From positions 64,001-128,000 of IMG/VR virus record IMGVR_UViG_3300036831_000148: 64,000 nt of DNA; one strand, 5' to 3'. The notes beneath the pieces were generated by a model. It made no database searches. It was given only the letters and a program-made list of their open reading frames with translations, and was not told where the DNA came from. A program made the position numbers and the translations under genes. The stretch comes from a virus. Below are positions 36,883 to 46,216 of this stretch, piece after piece (positions within the stretch are counted from its first letter, which is position 1; the number at the start of each line of letters is the position of its first letter).

Positions 36883-37605
36883 CTAGGCGGCGTCGCTGTC
36901 CCATACCTGGACGCCGGCGCCCCAGTCGCCGGCGGCGGCCACCTCGGCGGCGGCGCCGGCGTCGGTGAAGCCCTCCCCGGCCCGCACGTGGTTGACCGGG
37001 CGGGTGAACCGCCCCGCGGCGGCGGGCGCCGACACCGCGCGGAGGCCGGGCGCGGCGAACCGGCACGCGCCGGTTCCGCACGCGGTCCGGGCCGAGCACG
37101 TGAACATGCCCTGCGCGGCCCCGCAGGCGGCCACCGCGCGCCCCACGGCGGCGCGGACGGACGACCGGACCCCGGCGGCGTACGCCCGCTCACGCAGGCT
37201 CACCGCGTCCCGGGCGATGGCGGCGGCGTACCTCTCGTCCTCGCCGAACGCGCCGAGGGCGTCCTCCAGGTCCTGCGCCCGGGCGACCGCAAGCGCGAGG
37301 GCGACCGCGTGCAGGAACGCGTCCTTGGTGAGGTGCCGCCCGGCGGCGCCGGCCCGGCCGGTCTTGGGCATGGCCCTGGCGGCCGCCATGTACGGCGCGG
37401 CGGCGGCGAAGTAATCACACCCGGCCAGGGGATTACCCGCGGCGCGCAGCACCGGCATGATGGCCGACGTCCGGCTGGCCGCCAGCACCTGGGCGGCGCG
37501 CAGCGCCTCGGCGTAGGCGACCGCCAGCCCGCCGACGGTGACCGGGCGGGACGCGAGGGAGGGCCAGGGCCTGGCCAGATTGGCAAGGAGGTGATCGTAA
37601 GGCAC
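36883..37605 (-). CDS. Ala-rich hypothetical protein
   Basis: 240-aa ORF with GC3-rich codon use. Confidence 0.5.
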   Translation of the reverse strand: MPYDHLLANLARPWPSLASRPVTVGGLAVAYAEALRAAQVLAASRTSAIMPVLRAAGNPLAGCDYFAAAAPYMAAARAMPKTGRAGAAGRHLTKDAFLHAVALALAVARAQDLEDALGAFGEDERYAAAIARDAVSLRERAYAAGVRSSVRAAVGRAVAACGAAQGMFTCSARTACGTGACRFAAPGLRAVSAPAAAGRFTRPVNHVRAGEGFTDAGAAAEVAAAGDWGAGVQVWDSDAA

Positions 37606-37947
37606 ACTGGACTCGCATGCAGTAAACGGCGCGCCGGGTGCGGTGGCGCTTGCGCTGACATGATAGGGACCCTGCCCGTTCCCCGGCCAGCCTCACCAGT
37701 CGGCCACGCCGGGCAGGGTCCCTTTCCGTCTCACCCGGGCCCCGGTCCGGCGCGGCGGGAAAACGCCGCGAGGCCAGCCTGCGCCCGGCGTGAACGGGGA
37801 CGGCTGACCTCACGTGTGCCTCCTCAGTGAGAGGCACGGGCCGAGGGGCCTGTCCCTCCCGCCGGCGTGCCGGGTGCGGAACTGGGGCCTCTCGGGCTCT
37901 GCCGTGAGGTTAGGCCCAACCTCTGGTGATCGTCAATATCACTGCGG

Positions 37948-38550
37948 TCACGCGGCGCGGCGGCGCGCCCGGCTGCGGCCCGGGCGGGCGGCGCGGCGGC
38001 GCGCCCGGCTGCGGGCGCTCCTGGGGTGCTCGAACCGCCCGCGGGCGCGCGGCGGCACAGGGGAGCGGCCAGGTGCGCGGTCACGCTGCGGCCCGGACGG
38101 GCGCTCGCGGCTCGCCCGGCGCGGGCGCGGCAACCGCTCCCAGCCGCCGCGCGACCGGCTCCACGTCCACCGGCCGGCGGCCCGGCCGATGCCGCGCGCC
38201 ACCGCGATGTTCCGGCTGCGCCGCGCGTGCAGCCTTACCCGGTGCAGCACGTGGGCGCGGAGCTCGCGGGCGAGCTGCCGCTGCACGTGCAGGGACCTGG
38301 CCTCGCGCAGCCGGCGCAGCAGGTCCATGCCCTCCGGCCCGAGCCGCACCCGCTGCCCGAGCGTGGCCCGGCTGCGGTCGGGGTGCTCGTGGCCGGGGAA
38401 CAGCGCCGCGTGCAGCGTGTCCACCTGCGCCAGCAGCACCGAGGCCCGGTGGTAGCTGGGCCGGCGGTGCAGCATGGTGCGCACCACGTGCCGGGCCTCG
38501 CGCGGCAGCCGCCCGTAGGCGGGAAGGCCGTCCCTCCCGAAGGTCGCCAT
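37948..38550 (-). CDS. Arg-rich hypothetical protein
   Basis: SD AGAGGAGA; 27-bp direct repeat (37952-37978, 37988-38014) encodes the RSRARRRAA tail. Confidence 0.55.
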   Translation of the reverse strand: MATFGRDGLPAYGRLPREARHVVRTMLHRRPSYHRASVLLAQVDTLHAALFPGHEHPDRSRATLGQRVRLGPEGMDLLRRLREARSLHVQRQLARELRAHVLHRVRLHARRSRNIAVARGIGRAAGRWTWSRSRGGWERLPRPRRASRERPSGPQRDRAPGRSPVPPRARGRFEHPRSARSRARRRAARPGRSRARRRAA

Positions 38551-38565
38551 GTTTCTCTCCTCTGC

Positions 38566-40266
38566 TCAGCTTTCCCGGGCCGCGATGACGACCGGGCTGT
38601 AGTCGGCGCGGTTCCAGACCATGCGGGTGACGACCTCGACCGACTTGCGGTTGCGCTGCACCAGCAGCACGTGCCCGTCGGGCAGCATCCGGATGCGGTC
38701 GGTGGAGAAGGTCTTCTCCGGCGCCCACACCTTGCGGGAGCCCTCGCGCCGCCAGGACTCGTACTCGCCGCACATCCTGGAGAACCGCTCCAGGTCGGCG
38801 TCCTCGGTGAACCCGCCGCCGATGACCTTGGTGGTGAACATGGTGAGGATCACCGGCGCGGCCTTCTCGCCCCAGCAGTCGGGCACCTGCGCGGCCGACT
38901 GCAAGCCCACCATGGCGGTTATGTTGTACCCGGCGGTAACCGCCAGCCAGCGCTTCAGGTTGATCCGGGCGGTGGTGGCCGCCTCGTCCAGGGCCAGGGT
39001 CATCGGGATGCGCAGCCGCCCGCCGCTGACCTCGGCGAGGTGCCGGGCCTGCTCCAGGTACTCCTCGGCGAACGCGGAGAAGTACGGGGTGAGCGAGCCG
39101 TGCGGGCGCTCGGACCCGATCAGGTACACGGTGCCGGTGCCGGCCCGCAGGAAGTCCGCGATGTCCAGGCCGTGCTCGCCCCGGTCCGGGTCCGGGCAGG
39201 CGACCGCCGCCAGGTCGGGGTCGTCCAGCCAGGCGAGGGCCGACTCGGCGGAGGTGACCGCCGACATGACCGACTCCTCGTCCTGGGTGAGCAGGTCCTC
39301 CAGGGCCGCCGCCCAGTCGGGGGCCGCGCGGGCGCGGCGCAGGCCCTTGGCGAACTGCTCGTCGTCCGGGCGGCGGCACCAGGCGCGCACGTCCAGGACG
39401 TTGCCGTCCTGCAGGGCGGCGGCGTGCAGCGCCTTCGCCAGCAGTTGCATGCCGCGCTGCTCGTGCCAGGCGTCCTTGCCGCTCTCGTCGCGCGGCGCGG
39501 CGTGCATCAGCGCGCCCGCCCGGCGCAGGGCGATCCTGGGGCTCTCGCAGTCCGCCACCGGGTCCCAGCGGAAGTTAGTGCCCGGCCCGTAGCCGTCGGC
39601 GTCCAGCACCAGCACCTCGCCCAGCTTCTCGCGGGCGGAGGCCGTGTGCCGGTACTGGTCAGCGCGGGAGCTGGTGGCCAGCGCGGCCCCCGGCGCGTCC
39701 TGCAGCCAGGAGGAGATCAGGCCGGTCTTCACCGTCTGCGGTGGGGCGAAGACGCAGACGGTCTCGCCGCGCCCCACCGCCACCGCCTGGCGCGGCCGGT
39801 GCGCGGTGACGCCGACCTGGACGTACGCCTGCGCGGGCGGCAGGTCGGGGGCGAGCCGGCGCATCTTCTTCTGCGCGGCCTGCGGCGACAGGGTGACCCG
39901 CACCTCCCACGGGGTGGCCTCGCCCTGGTACTTGCGGCGCCTGCGGCGCGCGGCGGCGCCGCCCCGGAAGTGCCACGTCCAGCCCTCGGCGACCCGGCTG
40001 GCACCGTGCATCGCGCACGCGCCCGCCGGGAACAGCAGCAGGGACTGCGGCAGGCCCAGCGCCAGCAGGGCGAGGGCGAGCACCGCCAGCACCGCGCCGT
40101 ACGCGCCCCCGCAGCGCACGGCGGCGGCGCTGAAGTCGGCCAGCCAGTTCTGCAGGGCCGGGTTGCGGACGGCGGGCTGCCGCCGGGCCGGCCCCTGCTC
40201 CGCCAGGTCGCCGTCGTCCTCCAGGCCGGAGACCGCGGTCATCCGGCGGACCAGGCTGCCGCTCAC
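38566..40266 (-). CDS. VirD4/TraG-like type IV coupling protein
   Basis: N-terminal TM helices, VFAPPQTVKTG, ATSSRAD, RWDPV, LALDEAAT, GLQSAAQV, IRMLPDGHVLL. Confidence 0.8.
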   Translation of the reverse strand: MSGSLVRRMTAVSGLEDDGDLAEQGPARRQPAVRNPALQNWLADFSAAAVRCGGAYGAVLAVLALALLALGLPQSLLLFPAGACAMHGASRVAEGWTWHFRGGAAARRRRRKYQGEATPWEVRVTLSPQAAQKKMRRLAPDLPPAQAYVQVGVTAHRPRQAVAVGRGETVCVFAPPQTVKTGLISSWLQDAPGAALATSSRADQYRHTASAREKLGEVLVLDADGYGPGTNFRWDPVADCESPRIALRRAGALMHAAPRDESGKDAWHEQRGMQLLAKALHAAALQDGNVLDVRAWCRRPDDEQFAKGLRRARAAPDWAAALEDLLTQDEESVMSAVTSAESALAWLDDPDLAAVACPDPDRGEHGLDIADFLRAGTGTVYLIGSERPHGSLTPYFSAFAEEYLEQARHLAEVSGGRLRIPMTLALDEAATTARINLKRWLAVTAGYNITAMVGLQSAAQVPDCWGEKAAPVILTMFTTKVIGGGFTEDADLERFSRMCGEYESWRREGSRKVWAPEKTFSTDRIRMLPDGHVLLVQRNRKSVEVVTRMVWNRADYSPVVIAARES

Positions 40267-40418
40267 CGGGCCCTGCCCGCCCGGGACCGGCGGTGCCGCT
40301 GGTCCCCGTCCCACCGCTCGGCGCGGGCGCGGCGGCGCTGGCGCAGGAGCCGCTGCTGGCGGTCCCTGTCGCCGGCGGCGCGCTGCTGCCCGTCGCGGTT
40401 GCCTGCCCGGTTGTCCAT
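40263..40418 (-). CDS. small Arg-rich protein
   Basis: ATG 40418 behind a promoter; stop overlaps the GTG of the coupling protein. Confidence 0.4.
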   Translation of the reverse strand: MDNRAGNRDGQQRAAGDRDRQQRLLRQRRRARAERWDGDQRHRRSRAGRAR

Positions 40419-40483
40419 GACTGCGCCCCTCTGCTGACTCGGTTGCCTCTTAACCCGAGTCTAGAGAGGTTGCTTGACTCTTG

Positions 40484-40930
40484 TCAAGTCGTGGCGAGCG
40501 AGGTTACCTCACGACCGAACACGGCCCACCATGACTCCATCTCCGCCTGCTGCGGGTGGCCGGGCACCGCCGGGTACAGGCGCGCCCACTCCAGGGCCCC
40601 GTCGCACTCCCCGGCGACCAGCAGGGCGTGCTCACCGCCGGGAGAGGACTCCGGGTGGTACTCGGCCAGGCCCACCGGGTCGCCGTACTGCCGGCGGAGC
40701 CGCCGCCACAAGCCGGGGGCGCCGGCGGTCGCCCAGTCCGGGCCACCTCGCCGGGTGACGGCGGCGAAGAACCCGTCCTCCGCCGCCCAGGCCCGCAGCC
40801 GTACCTCGCCGGACTCGCACCCGGGGGCGGTCACCGGGCGGTCGCAGTGGTCCAGCACCAGGTCGCCGAGCGCGGGCAGCCACAGCCGCCGGCCCAGCGG
40901 CGCGCGGCGCGGCAGGGGATCACCGGTCAC
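40484..40930 (-). CDS. hypothetical protein
   Basis: ORF in the gene run. Confidence 0.5.
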   Translation of the reverse strand: MTGDPLPRRAPLGRRLWLPALGDLVLDHCDRPVTAPGCESGEVRLRAWAAEDGFFAAVTRRGGPDWATAGAPGLWRRLRRQYGDPVGLAEYHPESSPGGEHALLVAGECDGALEWARLYPAVPGHPQQAEMESWWAVFGREVTSLATT

Positions 40931-41252
40931 GGGCGGCGCCCCGGCGCAGCTCGTAGTGGTACACCTTGCCGTTCTCCGCCCACTGCCCGTACTGGGCGTA
41001 GGCGTCGGCGGCGCAGTAGTGCCAGTCCACCACCCGGGAGATCCCGCGCCGGACGCGGACCGTCGCCGGCTCCCCGCAGGCCTTCATCGCCTGGGCGGCG
41101 CGCAGCCGGCAGGTGCGCGGCTCGGCGCCCGGCTCCGGGTCAGGTACCACGCTCCACTGGGAGTCGCTCTCCACTGCCGCCCAGTGCTGGCCAGCAGGGG
41201 CCTCTCCCGCTGGCGCCGGCCGGGTGAACGTGCCCGCGGCCTCGTTGCTCAC
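40920..41252 (-). CDS. hypothetical protein
   Basis: SD AGGAGG, promoter upstream. Confidence 0.6.
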   Translation of the reverse strand: MSNEAAGTFTRPAPAGEAPAGQHWAAVESDSQWSVVPDPEPGAEPRTCRLRAAQAMKACGEPATVRVRRGISRVVDWHYCAADAYAQYGQWAENGKVYHYELRRGAARDR

Positions 41253-41302
41253 ATGTGCCTCCTGTTGCTTAACTGAAGTCTAGGAACAGCGGCTACCCTG
41301 CG

Positions 41303-41629
41303 TCAAGCCGCGCGGTGCCGCTCCACCTCCGCCAGTTTCACCCGGTCCAGCGGCTTCTCGCACCGCGGGCAGCGCAGCGCCCCCCGGGAGTCGTCCCACC
41401 ACAGCCCGCACGTCCCGCAGTGCAGCAGGACGTAGACGACCCGGGCCGCCTCGCGGCGGCGGACCGCCTCGGCCTCGGCGCAGAGGTAGGCGGCGCGGGT
41501 CACGGCATGGCTGTGGGCGCAGGCCCAGGTGACCGCGCCCTTCTCGCTCTTGCGCAGCACCCCGGCGAACGCGGCCGTGCCCGGCTTCAGGCGCCGGTAG
41601 CCGACGTAGTACTCCCCGACAGCGGCCAT
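41303..41629 (-). CDS. hypothetical Zn-ribbon protein
   Basis: CAHSH, CGTC, CPRC. Confidence 0.6.
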   Translation of the reverse strand: MAAVGEYYVGYRRLKPGTAAFAGVLRKSEKGAVTWACAHSHAVTRAAYLCAEAEAVRRREAARVVYVLLHCGTCGLWWDDSRGALRCPRCEKPLDRVKLAEVERHRAA

Positions 41630-41958
41630 CAGTTCATCCTTGCCGGGTCCACCGCAGCCTGGAAGCCGCGGTCAGCCGGCGTCAACCCGGTCATCCTGGC
41701 CTGCCGGCTGACCACGCCACCACGCGCCCAGAAGCCGTCGCGGTCGCTGCCCTGCCGGTCGCCGCCGGTATGGTCAACACGAACCAGCATGGTCCCCGGG
41801 CCGGGCAGCGCCGAGCCCTCCGGCCAGGTGACCGGCACCCGCCGCCACTCGTACAGGCCCTGGAAGTCGCTGTAGGCGTACTCGCCGGCAGGCAAGCGAG
41901 CGTACACCTTGCCGGTTCCGCAGGGGTCCTCGAACCGCAGGAACATGCCGTCAGGCAC
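41629..41958 (-). CDS. hypothetical protein
   Basis: coupled ORF. Confidence 0.5.
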   Translation of the reverse strand: MPDGMFLRFEDPCGTGKVYARLPAGEYAYSDFQGLYEWRRVPVTWPEGSALPGPGTMLVRVDHTGGDRQGSDRDGFWARGGVVSRQARMTGLTPADRGFQAAVDPARMN

Positions 41959-42274
41959 GGCCGCCGCCCTCCAGGAACGCCGCGAACTGCTCGCGCAACC
42001 CGGGCTCCAGGTCCAGTACGTCTTCCAGCAGGCTCTTGCCGCCGGCTCCCGGCAGCTTCACCGACATCATCAGGCCCAGCCACGCCGACCAGGCCCTGGC
42101 CAGGGACTTGCGGCTCTCCAGCGAAGCCTCCTGGCGGCCCAGCCGGTGCGCCTCCGCCGCCAGTTCCCTCGCGCGGGCGGCAGCGCGGTCGCGCGAGGGG
42201 CCGGCCGGGGCGCCGGCGATGACCAGGCGCTCCAGGTCCCCGGCCACCGACGCCAGGGTGCGCGGCGCGGTCAC
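41951..42274 (-). CDS. hypothetical protein
   Basis: coupled ORF. Confidence 0.55.
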   Translation of the reverse strand: MTAPRTLASVAGDLERLVIAGAPAGPSRDRAAARARELAAEAHRLGRQEASLESRKSLARAWSAWLGLMMSVKLPGAGGKSLLEDVLDLEPGLREQFAAFLEGGGRA

Positions 42275-42897
42275 CGGCGGTTCAGCCGGTAAGCCCGGCC
42301 GGGCAGGTTCAGCCGGGCCCCGGCGGTGTCGCTGGCGAGCAGCACCTTGTCCTGCCGCGCCACCTTGCGGGCGGCGGCCGCGGCGAGGTCACAGGCCGGG
42401 CACCAGCCCAGGTCCGCCGTGCCCTTCTCGTACCACGTCCCGCAGCGCGCGCAGGGCACGAAGGCCGACCCCGGGATCCGCGCCCGGATCTCCTGCGAGC
42501 GCGCGGCGAGCAGGCAGGGCCCGCACGCGCACCGCCCGCCGGGGCCGGTGACAAGGACGTGCACCGCGTGCCCGGACTGCGGGTCCAGTTCCTCCGTCAG
42601 GTGAGGGGCGGGGAGCGTGACGGGCGGGGCCAGGGGCACGCGGCCGACCCGTCCGGACACCCGGAACTCGAAACTGACAGCGCCGCGCGGCGCCCTCACG
42701 GCGCGCTCCGCCCGCCGGGCCGCCGTCACCTGCTCCTGGCGGCGCCGGAGCACCCCGAGCAGGTGACGGCGCTGGCCTGCGGACAGGAACGGCAGCAGCA
42801 CGAGCAGGTGAGCCTCGCGCAGCCGGGCGCGGAACACCCAGGGCGGGCACAGCCAGAGCAGGACGAACACGGCGACCAGCCAGAGCAGCGCCAGCAC
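42271..42897 (-). CDS. hypothetical membrane-anchored Cys-rich protein
   Basis: hydrophobic N-terminus; CxxC pairs. Confidence 0.5.
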   Translation of the reverse strand: MLALLWLVAVFVLLWLCPPWVFRARLREAHLLVLLPFLSAGQRRHLLGVLRRRQEQVTAARRAERAVRAPRGAVSFEFRVSGRVGRVPLAPPVTLPAPHLTEELDPQSGHAVHVLVTGPGGRCACGPCLLAARSQEIRARIPGSAFVPCARCGTWYEKGTADLGWCPACDLAAAAARKVARQDKVLLASDTAGARLNLPGRAYRLNRR

Positions 42898-42899
42898 GG

Positions 42900-43169
42900 C
42901 TACCAGTCCTCCAGGCCGGCGAGCAGCGCGATGACCCGCTCCAGGGCCTCGGCGTCCTCGTGCCCCCGGTCGGTGCCGTCTTCCTTGAGGCTGACCAGGA
43001 AGTCCCGGGCCGCCTCGGCCGGGGACCGCGCGGGCGGCGCCGCGCCAGGCGGGCCGTTCAGCAGGTCACCGATCGTCTTCGCCGTGAATCCCCGGCGCGG
43101 CCGGAAGTCCGGGTCGCCGTAGCGCCGCTCCGGCTGGCGCCGGCCCTTCGGCCCCATGTGGTCCATCAT
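42900..43169 (-). CDS. hypothetical protein
   Basis: preceded by the conserved leader GCGAGAGGCAGGCA. Confidence 0.6.
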   Translation of the reverse strand: MMDHMGPKGRRQPERRYGDPDFRPRRGFTAKTIGDLLNGPPGAAPPARSPAEAARDFLVSLKEDGTDRGHEDAEALERVIALLAGLEDW

Positions 43170-43263
43170 CGTGCCTGCCTCTCGCAAAGACTCCCGGGGA
43201 AAAGCTACTGCCCCGCTCCTGCCTCCAGGGTAGCGGGGTAGTTGACTTGAGTCAAGTAAAGGA

Positions 43264-43500
43264 TCAGGAAGGCGCGGGGGCGCACGCCTGGTAGGCGGCG
43301 GCGGTCACCAGGTCGGGGTCGCCCCCGGCGGCCCGCAGCTCCTCCGCCAGCCGAGCGGCGAGGGCGACCGCCCCGGCGAAGGAGAAGCCGGGCATCTCCG
43401 CGCCCATCGCCAGCACCTCGTCGTCAAGGCCGCCGCGGTAGGCGGTCAGCCCGGCCAGGGCGGCCAGCAGCCCGTCGGCCGGGGTGGGGGGTGGCGTCAC
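43264..43500 (-). CDS. hypothetical protein
   Basis: SD AGGAGGG. Confidence 0.5.
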   Translation of the reverse strand: MTPPPTPADGLLAALAGLTAYRGGLDDEVLAMGAEMPGFSFAGAVALAARLAEELRAAGGDPDLVTAAAYQACAPAPS

Positions 43501-43642
43501 GTGGTCCCTCCTGCCGTCTCCCCGCCCGGATTCACTTTACCGAAGTAGCCGGGAGTCCCTGACGTGCGGTTTCCCGGAGATTCACCCCTGCGCAAAGACA
43601 AGCACTTCATACGCCTGAGCCAGAATTGGTCTAGACCGGGCC

Positions 43643-43924
43643 TCACGCGGGCCCCTCCCCTCGCAGGATCTGGTCCCACGCGGTGCCGGGCACCTCGCTG
43701 CCGGGGACCAGCACGAAGCCCGCGTCGATCTTGGCAAGGGTGCCCATGAGCTGGCGGACGACCGCCTCACGGCCCGCTGAACTGGGGGAACCCCCGGAGG
43801 AGAGCTTCTCGGCGACCGCCTCGCGCAGCCACTCGGCCATGGAGAGGCCCGCCGACTCGGCTGCCTTGCGCACCTCGTCGCGCACTCCCGGCCCCAGCCT
43901 CAGCAGGACCTCGCTCCCCTCCAT
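43643..43924 (-). CDS. ribbon-helix-helix DNA-binding protein
   Basis: VLLRLGPGVRDEVRKAAESAGLSMAEWLREAV. Confidence 0.7.
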   Translation of the reverse strand: MEGSEVLLRLGPGVRDEVRKAAESAGLSMAEWLREAVAEKLSSGGSPSSAGREAVVRQLMGTLAKIDAGFVLVPGSEVPGTAWDQILRGEGPA

Positions 43925-43929
43925 GAGGG

Positions 43930-43994
43930 GATGATAGCACTAATGATAGCTATCACAAGTGATATCTGATATCGCCAAACGATATCACTATAGC
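43930..43994. promoter_or_regulatory. AT-rich cluster of TGATA(G/T)C / GATATCA boxes upstream of the RHH gene
   Basis: atgatagcactaatgatagctatcacaagtgatatctgatatcgccaaacgatatcactatagc. Confidence 0.6.
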
Positions 43995-44106
43995 TCTGTG
44001 TCACCGGGCGACCACGAAGCGGGGTCAGTCCAGGGCCACCAGGACCCGTCAGCGTCCCCTCCGGGCTCCAGGCCGGCGAGCAGCCCTCCCGGGTCCTGCG
44101 GCGTAA

Positions 44107-44532
44107 TCACCCCTCCCCCGGTCCTGAGCCGGGCTCCGGGGGCAGGCCGACGATCCCGTAAAGCTCCCGGAACCAGGCCTCCACGGCCGAAGGGTCAAGA
44201 TCCGCGCCCGACCGCGCGATTCCCGCGAGCGCCTCGTAATCAGCCTGGCCGTACGGCCCGGCGCCGGCAGGGGCACCGTGATGCGGGTAGGACGGGGTCA
44301 TCACCGCCGGCTCGTGCCCGGTCGCGCACGCGAACGGCCCCCGGCGGGCCGGAGAGGGGCTGTAGAGCGACCCGCAGGCCGGGCACTGGTAAGTGACCGG
44401 CTCGTTCCGGGTGAAGTCGCGGCAGGCCCCGCAGTACCCGTCCAGCGCGTCGTCCGGGTGGTGCGAGGTGCGCCCGCAGCGCGGGCAGGTGAAGTACGGG
44501 GCGGCGAACTCGGCGGGCCCGGGGATTCTCAC
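44107..44532 (-). CDS. Cys-rich hypothetical protein
   Basis: FTCPRCGRTSHHPDD...YCGAC, CPAC. Confidence 0.6.
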   Translation of the reverse strand: MRIPGPAEFAAPYFTCPRCGRTSHHPDDALDGYCGACRDFTRNEPVTYQCPACGSLYSPSPARRGPFACATGHEPAVMTPSYPHHGAPAGAGPYGQADYEALAGIARSGADLDPSAVEAWFRELYGIVGLPPEPGSGPGEG

Positions 44533-44718
44533 GGCTCAAGGCTAGGCGCCGGCCTGGCGGGCGTTCGCGGGCTGCCAGGCCGGCGCCCCCTACCCTGTCC
44601 GGCTGGCCGCCCGCGGCAAGGGAGGCGTAGCGCCGCCTCCCCCGGCAGGCGGCCAGCCGGGCGCTCCCGGGCGGGCGCCACTGCGAGATGCCACCCGCCC
44701 GGTCACTGCGGCACGAGG

Positions 44719-45093
44719 CTAGCCGGCCTCCGGGCGGGACCGCAGGTACTCGGCCGCACCGGGCGGGGGAAGCGCCCGGATCCGGTAGTAGCGCAGCCCC
44801 TCCGCCGAGGTGGCCGCCTCGTACCTGACCCCGGAGGCGTCCGCCGAGAAAAAGCCGGCCTCGTCGTAGAGCACCGGGAACGCCGGGCCGGGCAGTTCCG
44901 CGCCGTCGCGGCACGGGGCGCAGCGGAAGTCCTCGCCGTCCGCCTGGCGCAGGCAGGGCACCCCGCCGCAGCGGCACTGGCAGGCGAGCCGGGGGTCCGT
45001 CGCGAAGGTCCCGCCGCAGGCCGGGTCCGAGTGAGTGAAGCAGCACACCCGCCATATTCTGCCCGCCCGGGCGGGAAAACGGGCGTTTTTCAC
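44719..45093 (-). CDS. Cys-rich hypothetical protein
   Basis: ORF track; start uncertain. Confidence 0.4.
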   Translation of the reverse strand: MKNARFPARAGRIWRVCCFTHSDPACGGTFATDPRLACQCRCGGVPCLRQADGEDFRCAPCRDGAELPGPAFPVLYDEAGFFSADASGVRYEAATSAEGLRYYRIRALPPPGAAEYLRSRPEAG

Positions 45094-45131
45094 GGAGAGT
45101 AGCTGTGCTGGTTTACCCGGCGGGTGGCGAG

Positions 45132-45638
45132 TTATACAGAGAGTCGCGAATAGGGCCAGTGCGGGCCCTTACGCCGGTTGCAGCGCCAGCAGGCCGGCCG
45201 CTGGTTTGACGGCCAGTTAGCGCCTCCGCGCGCCAGCGGCTTCACGTGATCAAACAAATTAGCAGCTCCGCTGCACATCCAGCACCGGCCGCCGTAGTAC
45301 GCCCAGCGCGCAGCCAGTTGCGACGCCGTGGCACTGCCTGCCGCCCTGGCTACCTTCTCGCGCCGGTTCCGGTCCAGTTCTTTCCACGTCAGCCGCGTTC
45401 GGGGAACCTTAGCAGGAGGCAGACGGCACGCAGGGCACAGTTTCCGGAGCGAGAGGGGCAACGCTGTGCCGCACTCCCAGCACAGCCCGCTGGCGATGCG
45501 CCCGGCCAGGACGTCGACCGGCACGTGGCTGAATGTCCGCATACTCCTGCTACGCCCGAGGAACGGGACTCCGAAGTTATATTCTGCCTGGGCAGTGACG
45601 GGACCCGGGATATATTTTTCCGGCAACGGGGCGGGCAC
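45132..45638 (-). CDS. HNH endonuclease
   Basis: CWMC...DHVKPLARGGANWPSNQRPACWRCNRRKG. Confidence 0.88.
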   Translation of the reverse strand: MPAPLPEKYIPGPVTAQAEYNFGVPFLGRSRSMRTFSHVPVDVLAGRIASGLCWECGTALPLSLRKLCPACRLPPAKVPRTRLTWKELDRNRREKVARAAGSATASQLAARWAYYGGRCWMCSGAANLFDHVKPLARGGANWPSNQRPACWRCNRRKGPHWPYSRLSV

Positions 45639-45750
45639 GCACTAAGCCGGCGCGGAGGCGAGCCTCTGAGCTACCCGGATGGGACCCGGACGACGCAACC
45701 CCCTTCGACCCGAAACGGACAGCATGTCCTTTCGGGCCTTGGGGCTTCTC

Positions 45751-45876
45751 TCAGTCTTCCTCGGACTCGCTCGCGCCGAACACGGCGGGCAGCACGCAGG
45801 ACAGCAGGGTGACAGTCCCGAACGCCCATGCCGGCCACCACAGTCGCGCGGCCTCAATTACGTATGCGAAGAACAT
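45751..45876 (-). CDS. small membrane protein (41 aa)
   Basis: MFFAYVIEAARLWWPAWAFGTVTLLSCVLPAVFG...; behind promoter and conserved leader. Confidence 0.55.
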   Translation of the reverse strand: MFFAYVIEAARLWWPAWAFGTVTLLSCVLPAVFGASESEED

Positions 45877-45961
45877 CTCTGCCTGCCTCTCGGTTGGTTG
45901 CCTAGGGCAAGCCTACTGGCATGGCTTGACCAGAGTCAAGCACTAACCGTAGACTGGCCTT

Positions 45962-46216
45962 ATGGCAACCATGAGTGCAGGGCGCAAGCGGGCACTAGCC
46001 GCGCGGTCCTACCGGCTGACCGACTCGCAAGCAGACTAGATAGCGGACATCCTGCGGCTAGCCGCTGACCCTGAGAGCGGCGTCATTGACACCACGTCTG
46101 GCGGGGGGTGGCGCGGCGAGGCCGCTGCCGAACTGCGCGCGTTCCTCCGCCGGACCGCAGGCTCAGTTACCGCGCAACGTGAGGGCGGCCCGGCCGTGCT
46201 GGCCGAAGGGCCCTAG
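45962..46216 (+). pseudogene. 84-codon ORF interrupted by an in-frame TAG at 46037-46039
   Basis: promoter TTGACC-18-TAGACT immediately upstream; frame continues protein-like to TAG 46214; followed by a terminator. Confidence 0.45.

Noticed and set aside
37433-37940. ORF 37433-37837 behind the promoter TTGACG-18-TAACCT at about 37936
   Set aside because: The promoter and an SD look real, but the ORF is low-complexity and overlaps the next gene, so no product could be supported.
1-40000. Ordinary bacterial chromosome region (dnaX, dnaN, recA, polA, dnaB)
   Set aside because: The genes are divergent, packed into one co-oriented cluster with RusA, endolysin and many small ORFs, and lack housekeeping neighbours such as dnaA, gyrB or recX.
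112-40437. Long plus-strand ORFs (e.g. 1516-5133, 19431-21800, 34268-35941, 38026-40437)
   Set aside because: Antisense shadows of real minus-strand genes in high-GC DNA; no motifs or start signals.
43625-43640. DasR/NagR-like operator ATTGGTCTAGACCGGG
   Set aside because: Single imperfect copy; also explicable as a TAGAC-type -35 variant.
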